Source: an uncultured Bryobacterales bacterium (GTDB taxonomy: Bacteria > Acidobacteriota > Terriglobia > Bryobacterales > UBA6623). Taken from it: 64,000 nt of DNA. The translations under genes and the position numbers were made by a program. How positions within the stretch are numbered: position 1 is the stretch's first letter; each line of letters opens with the position of its first letter. A model generated the notes under the pieces. The model ran no database searches, had not been told where the DNA came from, and saw only the letters and a list, made by a program, of their open reading frames with translations. The stretch spans positions 10,942-74,941 of the forward strand of contig CAYWUV010000013.1 of NCBI GenBank assembly GCA_964461235.1, read 5' to 3'. Shown here in pieces: positions 26,865-36,122 of the stretch.

Positions 26865-29800
26865 CTAGAATTCCACTCGCAGGGATAGCTGGGAGACTCT
26901 TCCGCCCGTGCCGCGGAGCGTGCTCGCAATCCTTCCGAAACCGCCTCGTCCACGCCGCTCTTCGGGATTGGCGAACTGTGGGTGGTTCGGGAAGTTGTAG
27001 AAGTCTCCCCGGAACTGCACGCGGATGCTCTCCGTCACCTCGAACCACTTGTGGACCGAGATGTCAATGTTCGCCAGTCCGGGCCCGCAACAGATCGACG
27101 CGGGAGCCGAGCCCACCGCGCCGTTCCCTGGCGCCTCGAAAAGGCTTGTGTCGAAGAACGTCTCTCCCTTGACGTTGTTGCGCCACTGCGGCTGCTGATT
27201 CGGATCTCCGAGGATGTTCGAACGCTGAGCCGCTGAGTAGGTGTTGCTCTCGTTCCTGTTCTCGATTACGACGAATGGCGATCCGGTGCGGAACTCGGTG
27301 ATCACTCCAAGGCCCCAGCCGCCCGCGATTGCGTCAAGCACGCCGTTGCTGATACCGAACCGGCGACCCTTGCCGAACGGAAGCTCGTAGACCGCACTAA
27401 GAGCCAGTCGATGGCGGATATCGCTGCCGGAGTAGCCGCGATCGAGATGGCGTAGCTCGGGGTGCGTATTGCGATTGCCCTGAAACTCGGACAACTCGGA
27501 GTTTCCTTCGACGTCGTCGAGGTACTTCGACCAGGTGTAGTTCATCAGCATGTTGAAGCCGGCCGAGTAACGCTTTTCGATCTTGAGGTTTCCAGAGTGG
27601 TAAGCCGAATTCCCCCAGTCGGCCGTTCGCTGGCTGACACCGTTGAAGTGAGGGAATCTGCGAAGGGTCTGCAATTGCCTCTCCGGCCCCTGCCCGCCGA
27701 CGAGGGGAATCACGTTCCAGTTGGCGTTGGCGCCACCCAGGCGGTGACCCATATTCGCCATGTAGCTGGCCTCGATCAGGAAGTCCTGCGGCAGTTGATG
27801 TTGGATGCCGAAGTTCCACTGCTGCACCATCGCGCTGCGGTGCCCCTGCCGGAAGTACTGGGGCGAGATGCGTGGCCGCTGGCCAACCTCGACGGCCCCA
27901 AAAGCGGGTCCGAGGTCCGCGGCTTCGGTAGCAGGCATCCCGTCCGAGAGGGTAAGTGCCCGCGTGAATCCACCGTCCGGTGATGTGAAGCTGCCCTGCG
28001 TGCTGAACCCCAGGGAGAAAGCATTGGGGACGGCACCGCGGTAGGCCCCGTAGTAGTTGATCCCGTAGCCGCTGCGGATGACCGTCTTGTCGCTCAGCTG
28101 GTAGGCGAGGCCGACTCGGGGACCCCAAGCACCTAGGTAGAAATCGTGGGAGTACTTGCCCAGTCCGTCGCGCCCGAAGAACGTGACCACTCCCGGCACC
28201 CCCGACACCGGATTGATAGCGTCCCAGTCGAAGCCGTTCAAGCGGTTGTTCTTGTCCCATAAGGGCGTGTCGAATTCATACCGCATTCCGATGTTCAGTG
28301 TCAGCTTCGACGTTGCCCTCCAGTCGTCCTGGACGAAGAAGCCGAAGTAATCCGTCCGACGGTCGAGGATGTCGGCGTCGTTAATCGATGCGGAGCCGAC
28401 GTGACCAAGAAGGAGTTCTGCGAGACCGACTCCGGTGGCCCGGTTGCCGAAGCTGAAGACTCCGCCGGTCTGGTTGTTCTGGTCGTCGATGTTGCGGGAG
28501 TACCTCCAGGTGAAGCCGTATTTGATCTGGTGCGAGCCTCGCACGATGGTCTGGTTCTCCACGATTTCGATGGTCCGGATGGGCGTCTGGATGCGCTCTT
28601 GGTTGCCCGGCACGAGTTGCGTCAACCCGTTCACGTTGAATCGTGCGAAGGACTCGGGGTTCACGCCAGCAATCCCGAACTCACCGTTCTTGCCGGAATT
28701 TCGTGCGGCCGAGCGATTGATGTGCAATCGATCGCCCCAGTTGAAGCGAAACTCGTTGATGACCGTGGGGGAAAAGTTGTGGATCCAGTTGACCGTCGTG
28801 TTGTGATGCCGGTTCTCGCGAATGCCCGCGCGCGGGTCCGCGAAGTCATTCGGATAGACGGCCGGGATGTTCTGTGGCGCCTCGACCCACATGAAGCGGA
28901 GAGAAAGGCGGTCCTGTTCGCCCATGTTCTGGTCCCACTTGGCGGTGTAGTAGTTCTGGTCCAGACCGTTCGAAGCGTTGTTGACGAAGTTGTTCGCCGG
29001 TGCCTTGGTGATGTCACCCTCGATGTTGGGCGCGGGGTACAGCCCGACGATCTGCCGAGCCAGAGGGTCGATCCGGTCTTGCGGAATGGTGTTGTTCCGG
29101 AACTGGCTGCCGCCGATCGGATCCATGAGGGCCAGTCCGGCACGGTTAGAGAAGTCCCCAGTCGTCTCGATGGGGTGAGGCACGTCGTCGTTCGAATAGG
29201 TGACGCCATCGCGGCGCCGTGCCCCTTCGTAGTTGAAGAAAAAGAACGACTTGTTCTTTGCTATCGGCCCCCCGAGCGAACCGCCGAAGATGTTGTAGCG
29301 CAGCGGTGCCAGGTCGCGGGCGAAGAACGGCCGCGCGTCCATCGCGTCATTGCGGAAGAACTCGTACGCCGCGCCGTGGAATTCGTTGGTGCCGCTGCGG
29401 GTCGTCATGACAATGAAGCCACCGCCCGCACGCCCGTACTCTGCCGAGTAATTGTTCATTTCGGCCTTGAATTCCTGCAGAGACTCAGCCGGAGGGTTGA
29501 GTGCGAGTTGCTGTACGCCGATCGCCATATTCTGGACGACCGAGCCATCCAGCGTCCACATCTGGTTCTGTGACCGGCCTCCTGCCATCGAGAACTTGGG
29601 GACTTGCTCGCCGCCGTCCTCCGACCGGTACGAGATGTTGCCCATCAGGCGCACTAGTGATGCGCTGCGGCGACTCTGCAGCGGCATGTTAAACACCGTC
29701 TCGCGTTCGATGAACTGCCCGACAGATGAGGTTGTCGATTCCAACAGGGGCGTCGTCGCCTCGACCGTCACGACTTCAGTCAACTCGCCGATCTCCAGTG

Positions 29801-30140
29801 CAAAGTTGGCTGTACGGGTGTAGCCGGTCTCGACCGTCACGGTCGTCTGGGAGGTCTTGAAGCCGGTAAATTCGACCGTCACCTCGTAGTCCCCCGGTGC
29901 CATGTAGGAGAACGTGTAGACCCCATTCTCGTTGCTCTCCGCACTCTGCTCGACACCTGTGGCGGTGTTGCGGGCGGTGACCGGGGCTCCCGGAATCACC
30001 GCGCCGGTGTTGTCACTCACCGTGCCTGTGAGTCTGCCTTGGTCCTGGGCCCACGCCGACCCAGTCAGCGCGACGAGCACAGTCGCGGCTAGGAGTGCAC
30101 GCGCACTCCATGAACGCAGCAAATCAATCGCTGGATGCAT
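26865..30140 (-). CDS. TonB-dependent receptor with carboxypeptidase-regulatory-like N-domain (1091 aa)
   Basis: Signal peptide, then GRLTGTVSDNTGAVIPGAPVTARNTATGVEQSAESNENGVYTF...GDYEVTVEFTGFK (CarboxypepD_reg), a plug and a long barrel, with terminal ...LSLRVEF. Strong SD (GGGAGGA) upstream. Confidence 0.8.
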   Translation of the reverse strand: MHPAIDLLRSWSARALLAATVLVALTGSAWAQDQGRLTGTVSDNTGAVIPGAPVTARNTATGVEQSAESNENGVYTFSYMAPGDYEVTVEFTGFKTSQTTVTVETGYTRTANFALEIGELTEVVTVEATTPLLESTTSSVGQFIERETVFNMPLQSRRSASLVRLMGNISYRSEDGGEQVPKFSMAGGRSQNQMWTLDGSVVQNMAIGVQQLALNPPAESLQEFKAEMNNYSAEYGRAGGGFIVMTTRSGTNEFHGAAYEFFRNDAMDARPFFARDLAPLRYNIFGGSLGGPIAKNKSFFFFNYEGARRRDGVTYSNDDVPHPIETTGDFSNRAGLALMDPIGGSQFRNNTIPQDRIDPLARQIVGLYPAPNIEGDITKAPANNFVNNASNGLDQNYYTAKWDQNMGEQDRLSLRFMWVEAPQNIPAVYPNDFADPRAGIRENRHHNTTVNWIHNFSPTVINEFRFNWGDRLHINRSAARNSGKNGEFGIAGVNPESFARFNVNGLTQLVPGNQERIQTPIRTIEIVENQTIVRGSHQIKYGFTWRYSRNIDDQNNQTGGVFSFGNRATGVGLAELLLGHVGSASINDADILDRRTDYFGFFVQDDWRATSKLTLNIGMRYEFDTPLWDKNNRLNGFDWDAINPVSGVPGVVTFFGRDGLGKYSHDFYLGAWGPRVGLAYQLSDKTVIRSGYGINYYGAYRGAVPNAFSLGFSTQGSFTSPDGGFTRALTLSDGMPATEAADLGPAFGAVEVGQRPRISPQYFRQGHRSAMVQQWNFGIQHQLPQDFLIEASYMANMGHRLGGANANWNVIPLVGGQGPERQLQTLRRFPHFNGVSQRTADWGNSAYHSGNLKIEKRYSAGFNMLMNYTWSKYLDDVEGNSELSEFQGNRNTHPELRHLDRGYSGSDIRHRLALSAVYELPFGKGRRFGISNGVLDAIAGGWGLGVITEFRTGSPFVVIENRNESNTYSAAQRSNILGDPNQQPQWRNNVKGETFFDTSLFEAPGNGAVGSAPASICCGPGLANIDISVHKWFEVTESIRVQFRGDFYNFPNHPQFANPEERRGRGGFGRIASTLRGTGGRVSQLSLRVEF

Positions 30141-30364
30141 CTTTCCTCCCTTTGTCTTCAGGGAACGAAGAAAATCGTCCCTGTGCCCCGAAACGCAGAT
30201 CCCGTCGCATGGCGAGCTTCAATGAAACGAGGCCACCCGAAACTGAAACTGCTTGGTTACTTTCGTTGGGATTGTTCTTCAATCCCCACCACTACTACTA
30301 TACGCAGCAAGTGCTTCATGGATTCATGGCTTCTGGGTGTCCGCGTGTTGCCAACAGCGATAAT

Positions 30365-30379
30365 TGGCACGTTCTTGGC
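30365..30379 (+). promoter_or_regulatory. Candidate sigma-54 (-24/-12) promoter TGGCACGTTCTTGGC
   Basis: TGGCACG-N4-TGGC keeps the GG-N10-GC spacing, with one mismatch to TTGC. It faces the cNMP-binding/acyltransferase gene about 320 bp downstream. No enhancer-binding protein gene is nearby. Confidence 0.25.
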
Positions 30380-30701
30380 CCCTCAGGGGTGCATAGCTCT
30401 TGGTTGTCATCAACAGTCAGCTAGTGCTAGCCGTCCGAATTCACTGGATTACACTCCTCAGAACCCGGCGGGACGCCTCGTTCTTGAGACTGGTGGGCGA
30501 CAAACCCGCGGCCCTTCCATACAGCCAGAGTGCGGATGCAGTTGCGCAGTTGGGAGCCAATCGGTGGACGGTCCGTCCAGGACGTGCCCAAGAAGAAAAT
30601 CTGAACGTGTCGATAAGTGATATTGCAGGCAATTCGGCGGTGCTAGCATTTGGGCACGATGGTCGGGCGAGGTCCTCGGGAGTTCGCTCGACCATTCTCC
30701 G

Positions 30702-32207
30702 GTGGCGGAGAAGGCATTGAGCGCCCCGTACGATCTGCTCCGAGACTCGAGGTTCTTCGACGGATTCGAGGACGACGACCTCGCTGCCTTGGCGCAGGAT
30801 GCGACCTGGCTTGCCTTTCGCAGAGGCGACCGCATCGTTGAGGAGGGGCAGCCGGCAAGGCGACTCTACATCCTGGTATCCGGGACAGTGGAATTGTCGT
30901 TCCGGCTCCCATCGGAGCCTGAAGAGATGGATCCGGAAATCGTCGGTCCGGGAGGAAGCATAGTGATCCACTCAGTCAACGAGCCCGGATCCCTGATTGG
31001 GTGGTCCGCGATGGCAGAGCCGTACCTGTGCCGCGCCACGGCCACTGCGAACGAGACCACCCGAATGCTCGCATTCGATCGGGAGACAGTCGAGACGATG
31101 TGCCACGCTCGCCCGGAGTTCGGGCTCCGGTTCATCAAGCGAGTTCTCCAAGCCATGGGCGATCGGATTGGGAAAAGGCAAGCCCAGATCGCCGGCCGAT
31201 CGCATTCGCGCGAGGCTGGTCGGGTGCGTTCGCTGCTGGCGGAGCACGGCCAGCAATTGGGCGTGAATTCGCGGCTTTACAAGGTGCCTGTCTATCTTGA
31301 GAATCGACTGACCGAAGCGGACGCGTTCGACCTGCTTGACGAGGTCGCCCTCTCGGCGAGTCCCTTGGAACGGGATCTAGCCGCCCGATGCCGGCGGGTG
31401 ATCGCCGGGGCCGAGCGCGAAGCGCGAGTGTACCGCCAGCTTCAGCGGATCTACGACGTCGTGGCCCAAGCTCCAGACACCGCCGAGCCGGAGGAGATCC
31501 GGCGGATCTGCTGCACCGGGTTCCAACGCCTCTACGCTCTCACCGATTACCGAATCGAGGGCTGGGAGAACCTGCCGCCCGGACCCGGGTTCATCGTGCT
31601 CATGAACCACCTCTCGAACCATCCGGCCAACACCCTTCCGAATCAGTTTCAGCTAACCCTGGACACACATTTTGTCAGCGCCATGATTCTCTTCGAGCGG
31701 TATGGCGAGGCTCCCGTGCGTGTCGTCAGGCAGGCCGAGCCAGACGAGGCCGGCCACCGGCGGTACTTCGGCCGCTTTGGCTACATCACCGTGACGTCGG
31801 GTCGGCCCGCCGGTACACCGCAGGAATCGAAGAGGACTTCCGAGAGACTGCGTGAGCAGTTCCTCCGCGACGCGCGCCACGAGCTCGCTGACGGACGGAA
31901 TCTGGTGATCTGCCCGGAAGGGGGCTCGACCAAGACCAGTTCATCGCCAATGGCGTTCCGGGCCGGGGCGTTTCGAATCGCTCAAGGAGCTGTCCCGGAG
32001 CCAGTGCTGGTCCCGATCGCCGTAGCGAATTTCGACAAGGACATCGCGAGGGCTCGTCTCGCGGCCAAGATCTTTCCCCCGATTCGCCTGTCGGAGAAGG
32101 TGTCTCCGACAGCACCGGACTCTGCCCTGTATGGATTCATCAACCAGTTTCGGCAGATGTACCGAGACTATGTTCTCGAGGCCTGCTCGCTCGCGGATTC
32201 TCCCTGA
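30702..32207 (+). CDS. Cyclic-nucleotide-binding domain protein fused to a PlsC/LPLAT-like acyltransferase domain
   Basis: GTG start. The N-terminus FFDGFEDDDLAALAQDATWLAFRRGDRIVEEGQPARRLYILVSGTVEL...CRATATA is CAP/cNMP-binding-like. The C-terminus GFIVLMNHLSNHP...LVICPEGGST is LPLAT block I/III-like, with no Asp at the HX4D position. Confidence 0.65.
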   Translation: MAEKALSAPYDLLRDSRFFDGFEDDDLAALAQDATWLAFRRGDRIVEEGQPARRLYILVSGTVELSFRLPSEPEEMDPEIVGPGGSIVIHSVNEPGSLIGWSAMAEPYLCRATATANETTRMLAFDRETVETMCHARPEFGLRFIKRVLQAMGDRIGKRQAQIAGRSHSREAGRVRSLLAEHGQQLGVNSRLYKVPVYLENRLTEADAFDLLDEVALSASPLERDLAARCRRVIAGAEREARVYRQLQRIYDVVAQAPDTAEPEEIRRICCTGFQRLYALTDYRIEGWENLPPGPGFIVLMNHLSNHPANTLPNQFQLTLDTHFVSAMILFERYGEAPVRVVRQAEPDEAGHRRYFGRFGYITVTSGRPAGTPQESKRTSERLREQFLRDARHELADGRNLVICPEGGSTKTSSSPMAFRAGAFRIAQGAVPEPVLVPIAVANFDKDIARARLAAKIFPPIRLSEKVSPTAPDSALYGFINQFRQMYRDYVLEACSLADSP

Positions 32208-32286
32208 CTACCGCCGTACCATGTCCGGGTCCGATTGAGCCCGGCTCGTTGTCGGCAGCGCTCGGAGCGGAAGCGGGTCTCGGAAA

Positions 32287-32310
32287 CCAAAGGCACTTTG
32301 GACTCGTTTT
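32287..32310 (+). terminator. Weak intrinsic-terminator candidate between convergent genes
   Basis: CCAAAG-GCA-CTTTGG hairpin (6-bp stem) followed within 6 nt by TTTT. Short stem, so low confidence. Confidence 0.2.
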
Positions 32311-32347
32311 CGGGTGGCAGCGAGGAGTTTGGCGCGGGGATGTGGCG

Positions 32348-32809
32348 TTAGTCGAAGACGATCCGGTCTTTCCGCTCTTCGATCTTCGCGACATCGATTC
32401 CCGGCACGGCAAGGAGGTCATCGATCGTTCGGAATGGGCCCTTCTCCTTGCGGTAGCGCAGAATGACAGCGGCTTCGGAGCGTTTGAGCGACAGCCGGCT
32501 CTCCAATTGGATCGCCCGGGCCTTGTTGATGTTGAGAGGCGGTATCGTCTCCGCAGGGTAATGCTCCGCCAAGTAGTCCACCATCCTGAGCAATTCGTGG
32601 TCGGTCGCTTTGACGCCGAGGCCCACCATCTTGGTCAGTGTCGCAGCCCAGCCGTTGCGATCCTGGCGTAGAGAAACCGATTGGCCAATGTCATGGCATC
32701 CTTGGCACAGCCTTTCCGTTTCCTCCCTGCCCGGGCCTTCCGGCAGTTCGGCGGCCCCAGGTGTCGCGACGCAAGCAGCCAGCAGGGCCGTGATCGTTAT
32801 GATTCGCAT
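32348..32809 (-). CDS. Secreted mono-haem cytochrome c domain fused to a ComEA-type helix-hairpin-helix domain
   Basis: 153 aa. Signal peptide MRIITITALLAACVATPGAAE; CQGCH followed by RQDRNGWAATLTKMVGLGVKATDHELLRMVDYLAEHYP; C-terminal LNINKARAIQLES...ILRYRKEKGPFRTIDDLLAVPGIDVAKIEE. The start abuts the upstream stop. Confidence 0.7.
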   Translation of the reverse strand: MRIITITALLAACVATPGAAELPEGPGREETERLCQGCHDIGQSVSLRQDRNGWAATLTKMVGLGVKATDHELLRMVDYLAEHYPAETIPPLNINKARAIQLESRLSLKRSEAAVILRYRKEKGPFRTIDDLLAVPGIDVAKIEERKDRIVFD

Positions 32810-34327
32810 TCAGTGCTCCATCGGAAATCCGAATGTGTACAGCGAGCTGTCGGAAGTGGTGAGAAAGACGTGTGCGGGTCCGGAAGCCAGCGTATGGCCT
32901 CTGGCCGTGGACTTGATCGTACCCCCGCTGTCCCATAGAGGGTTGCCTCTCGTGCCCTCGAACGCGTACAGCTTCGCCGAGCCCGAAACCGCCCCACCGT
33001 CCAGGGCGAACACTACTCCGTTCACCACGATCGGGGGCAGGGGAAGGTGCATGGCAGGCGACTCCCAGCCCATTTCGAGCCGCATGCCGTCTCCGTCGCC
33101 GACTACCTTCCACGCGGAAATGGCCGCTCGCGACGGTGCGAGAATCCAGTGCGTCCCACTCGCGTCGCGCCAAGCTGCGAGGGCGGTTTCTGGATTTGCC
33201 GATGCACCGGATGGCACGCCGCTGGCAAGCTCTTCCAACGAAGCCGGGTCGAAGACCCTTACGGAGCCGTCCGCGGCGATTGCTGCCACGCGATCCTGTC
33301 CGTCGAGATCGAACACCACAGGGGAGGATCGGAATCCGTTCGCTTGGGTGGACGCCTTGAGGGCGAGCGACCCGGACTCGAGAGCGACCAGAGGCCCGTT
33401 CCGAGTGGCCGCGAACAGCGTCCCGTCCGGACTGAACGCAACTCCCGTGGGTCCGACCACGGATCCTCCCTGGGACTGCCAGGAGTGGACGCTGCCAGAC
33501 TCGAGGTCAAGTGCCCAGACGGCATCCGCAACGTCGTTGCAGCCGTTCGCAGTTGCTACGTATGCCACGTCGTCAACCACGATCAATCCGCGGGCATTCG
33601 CGCTTGCGGGAAGGAACCTGAGCGGCGGCATCCGGTTCGTGCCGTTGGAGGCGTAGAGCGCGTGGAGCATGCCGTCTGCGGACAGAGCGTAAGCGAGCGT
33701 CACCCCCCTTAGGGCCGGTCGGGCCGGGGGCCGGACTCGAGAGGCTGTCCGCGGGCCGGGAGATGGCCTCTGTGGCGGCCCGGGGCCAACTTCAGCCAGA
33801 GTTACAGCCCCTTCAGTCGGTTGGCCGACAGCGCTCTTGGCCGGCGAGCGTCTGCCTCGGGCCAAGAAGCCCAGAGCGGATGGCATCGCGGCAACCGTCG
33901 GCCGGGTCACGTTTGCTGTCATCCCACCCGGACAGTCCGGCGAACTCTTGCTCGGGCCGGGGAGGAAGTGTCGCTCCCATTCCATGCGGGCCAAGTCGGT
34001 GTCCACCGCGAAGACCCCCCCGGAACTGCTTCCTACGAACGCCAGGGAACGGAAGCCACGATGGCTGATTAGAAAGTCCAGCAGTGCCGGTGCCGTGAGC
34101 GCGTTTCCGCTGCGAGCTTGGTTCGGCAGGGACATCTTCCACAGGAACCGGAACTCGGGAGCCCGCACGGTCTCAGGGGATGTCTTGTGGTCCGCACGCA
34201 CCCATGAGGACCGTTGGGCGTCGGCTCCGAGCGAAGTCCAGTCGTCTGAACGAACCACGGTTGCTGAGAGGGCCAGTCCGGCGAGCAGCGACACGGGGAA
34301 GACGATTGTCCTGCGCATGGGATTCAT
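32810..34327 (-). CDS. PQQ-like (BamB-like) beta-propeller repeat protein, secreted
   Basis: 505 aa. Signal peptide; DDWTSLGADAQRSSW, FLWKMSL, VFAVDTDLARMEWERHF, CPGGMTA, and repeated ...LYAF/...LYTFG blade ends. Confidence 0.7.
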   Translation of the reverse strand: MNPMRRTIVFPVSLLAGLALSATVVRSDDWTSLGADAQRSSWVRADHKTSPETVRAPEFRFLWKMSLPNQARSGNALTAPALLDFLISHRGFRSLAFVGSSSGGVFAVDTDLARMEWERHFLPGPSKSSPDCPGGMTANVTRPTVAAMPSALGFLARGRRSPAKSAVGQPTEGAVTLAEVGPGPPQRPSPGPRTASRVRPPARPALRGVTLAYALSADGMLHALYASNGTNRMPPLRFLPASANARGLIVVDDVAYVATANGCNDVADAVWALDLESGSVHSWQSQGGSVVGPTGVAFSPDGTLFAATRNGPLVALESGSLALKASTQANGFRSSPVVFDLDGQDRVAAIAADGSVRVFDPASLEELASGVPSGASANPETALAAWRDASGTHWILAPSRAAISAWKVVGDGDGMRLEMGWESPAMHLPLPPIVVNGVVFALDGGAVSGSAKLYAFEGTRGNPLWDSGGTIKSTARGHTLASGPAHVFLTTSDSSLYTFGFPMEH

Positions 34328-34407
34328 TCCGAGGCGAGGCTGGGAGGGCCCCTCAACCGCTCAATCATATCGTTGCCCACTAGAATGGTTCAACGGATCG
34401 AGCTGTC

Positions 34408-35958
<1,551 letters not shown>

Positions 35959-36122
35959 CAGGCTTGGTCCACTGCTGCACCCGGCGCTCGGGTCCATGTC
36001 CGGTTTGATTCGTCCTCGGCGCCACTTTCGAGCCAACCCGCCCGTCAGGCGTGTATGGTGTTGGCATGTTCGGTCACAACCGTAACGACAAGACAGGGGT
36101 GAGGGACCGTCGCCCTTCGAGC

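Noticed and set aside
28401-29573. 390-aa plus-strand ORF antisense to the TonB-dependent receptor, plus several 100-290-aa frames in 27.4-29.2 kb
   Set aside because: The receptor frame is continuous for 1091 aa with signal peptide, plug and terminal Phe. The antisense products are Val/Arg/Asp-rich with no recognisable domains.
30648-30657. 10-nt match (ATTTGGGCAC) to the inner part of the IS inverted repeat
   Set aside because: The outer IR bases (GGGGATTATG) are absent and there is no partner repeat. A 10-mer match is plausible by chance in 64 kb.
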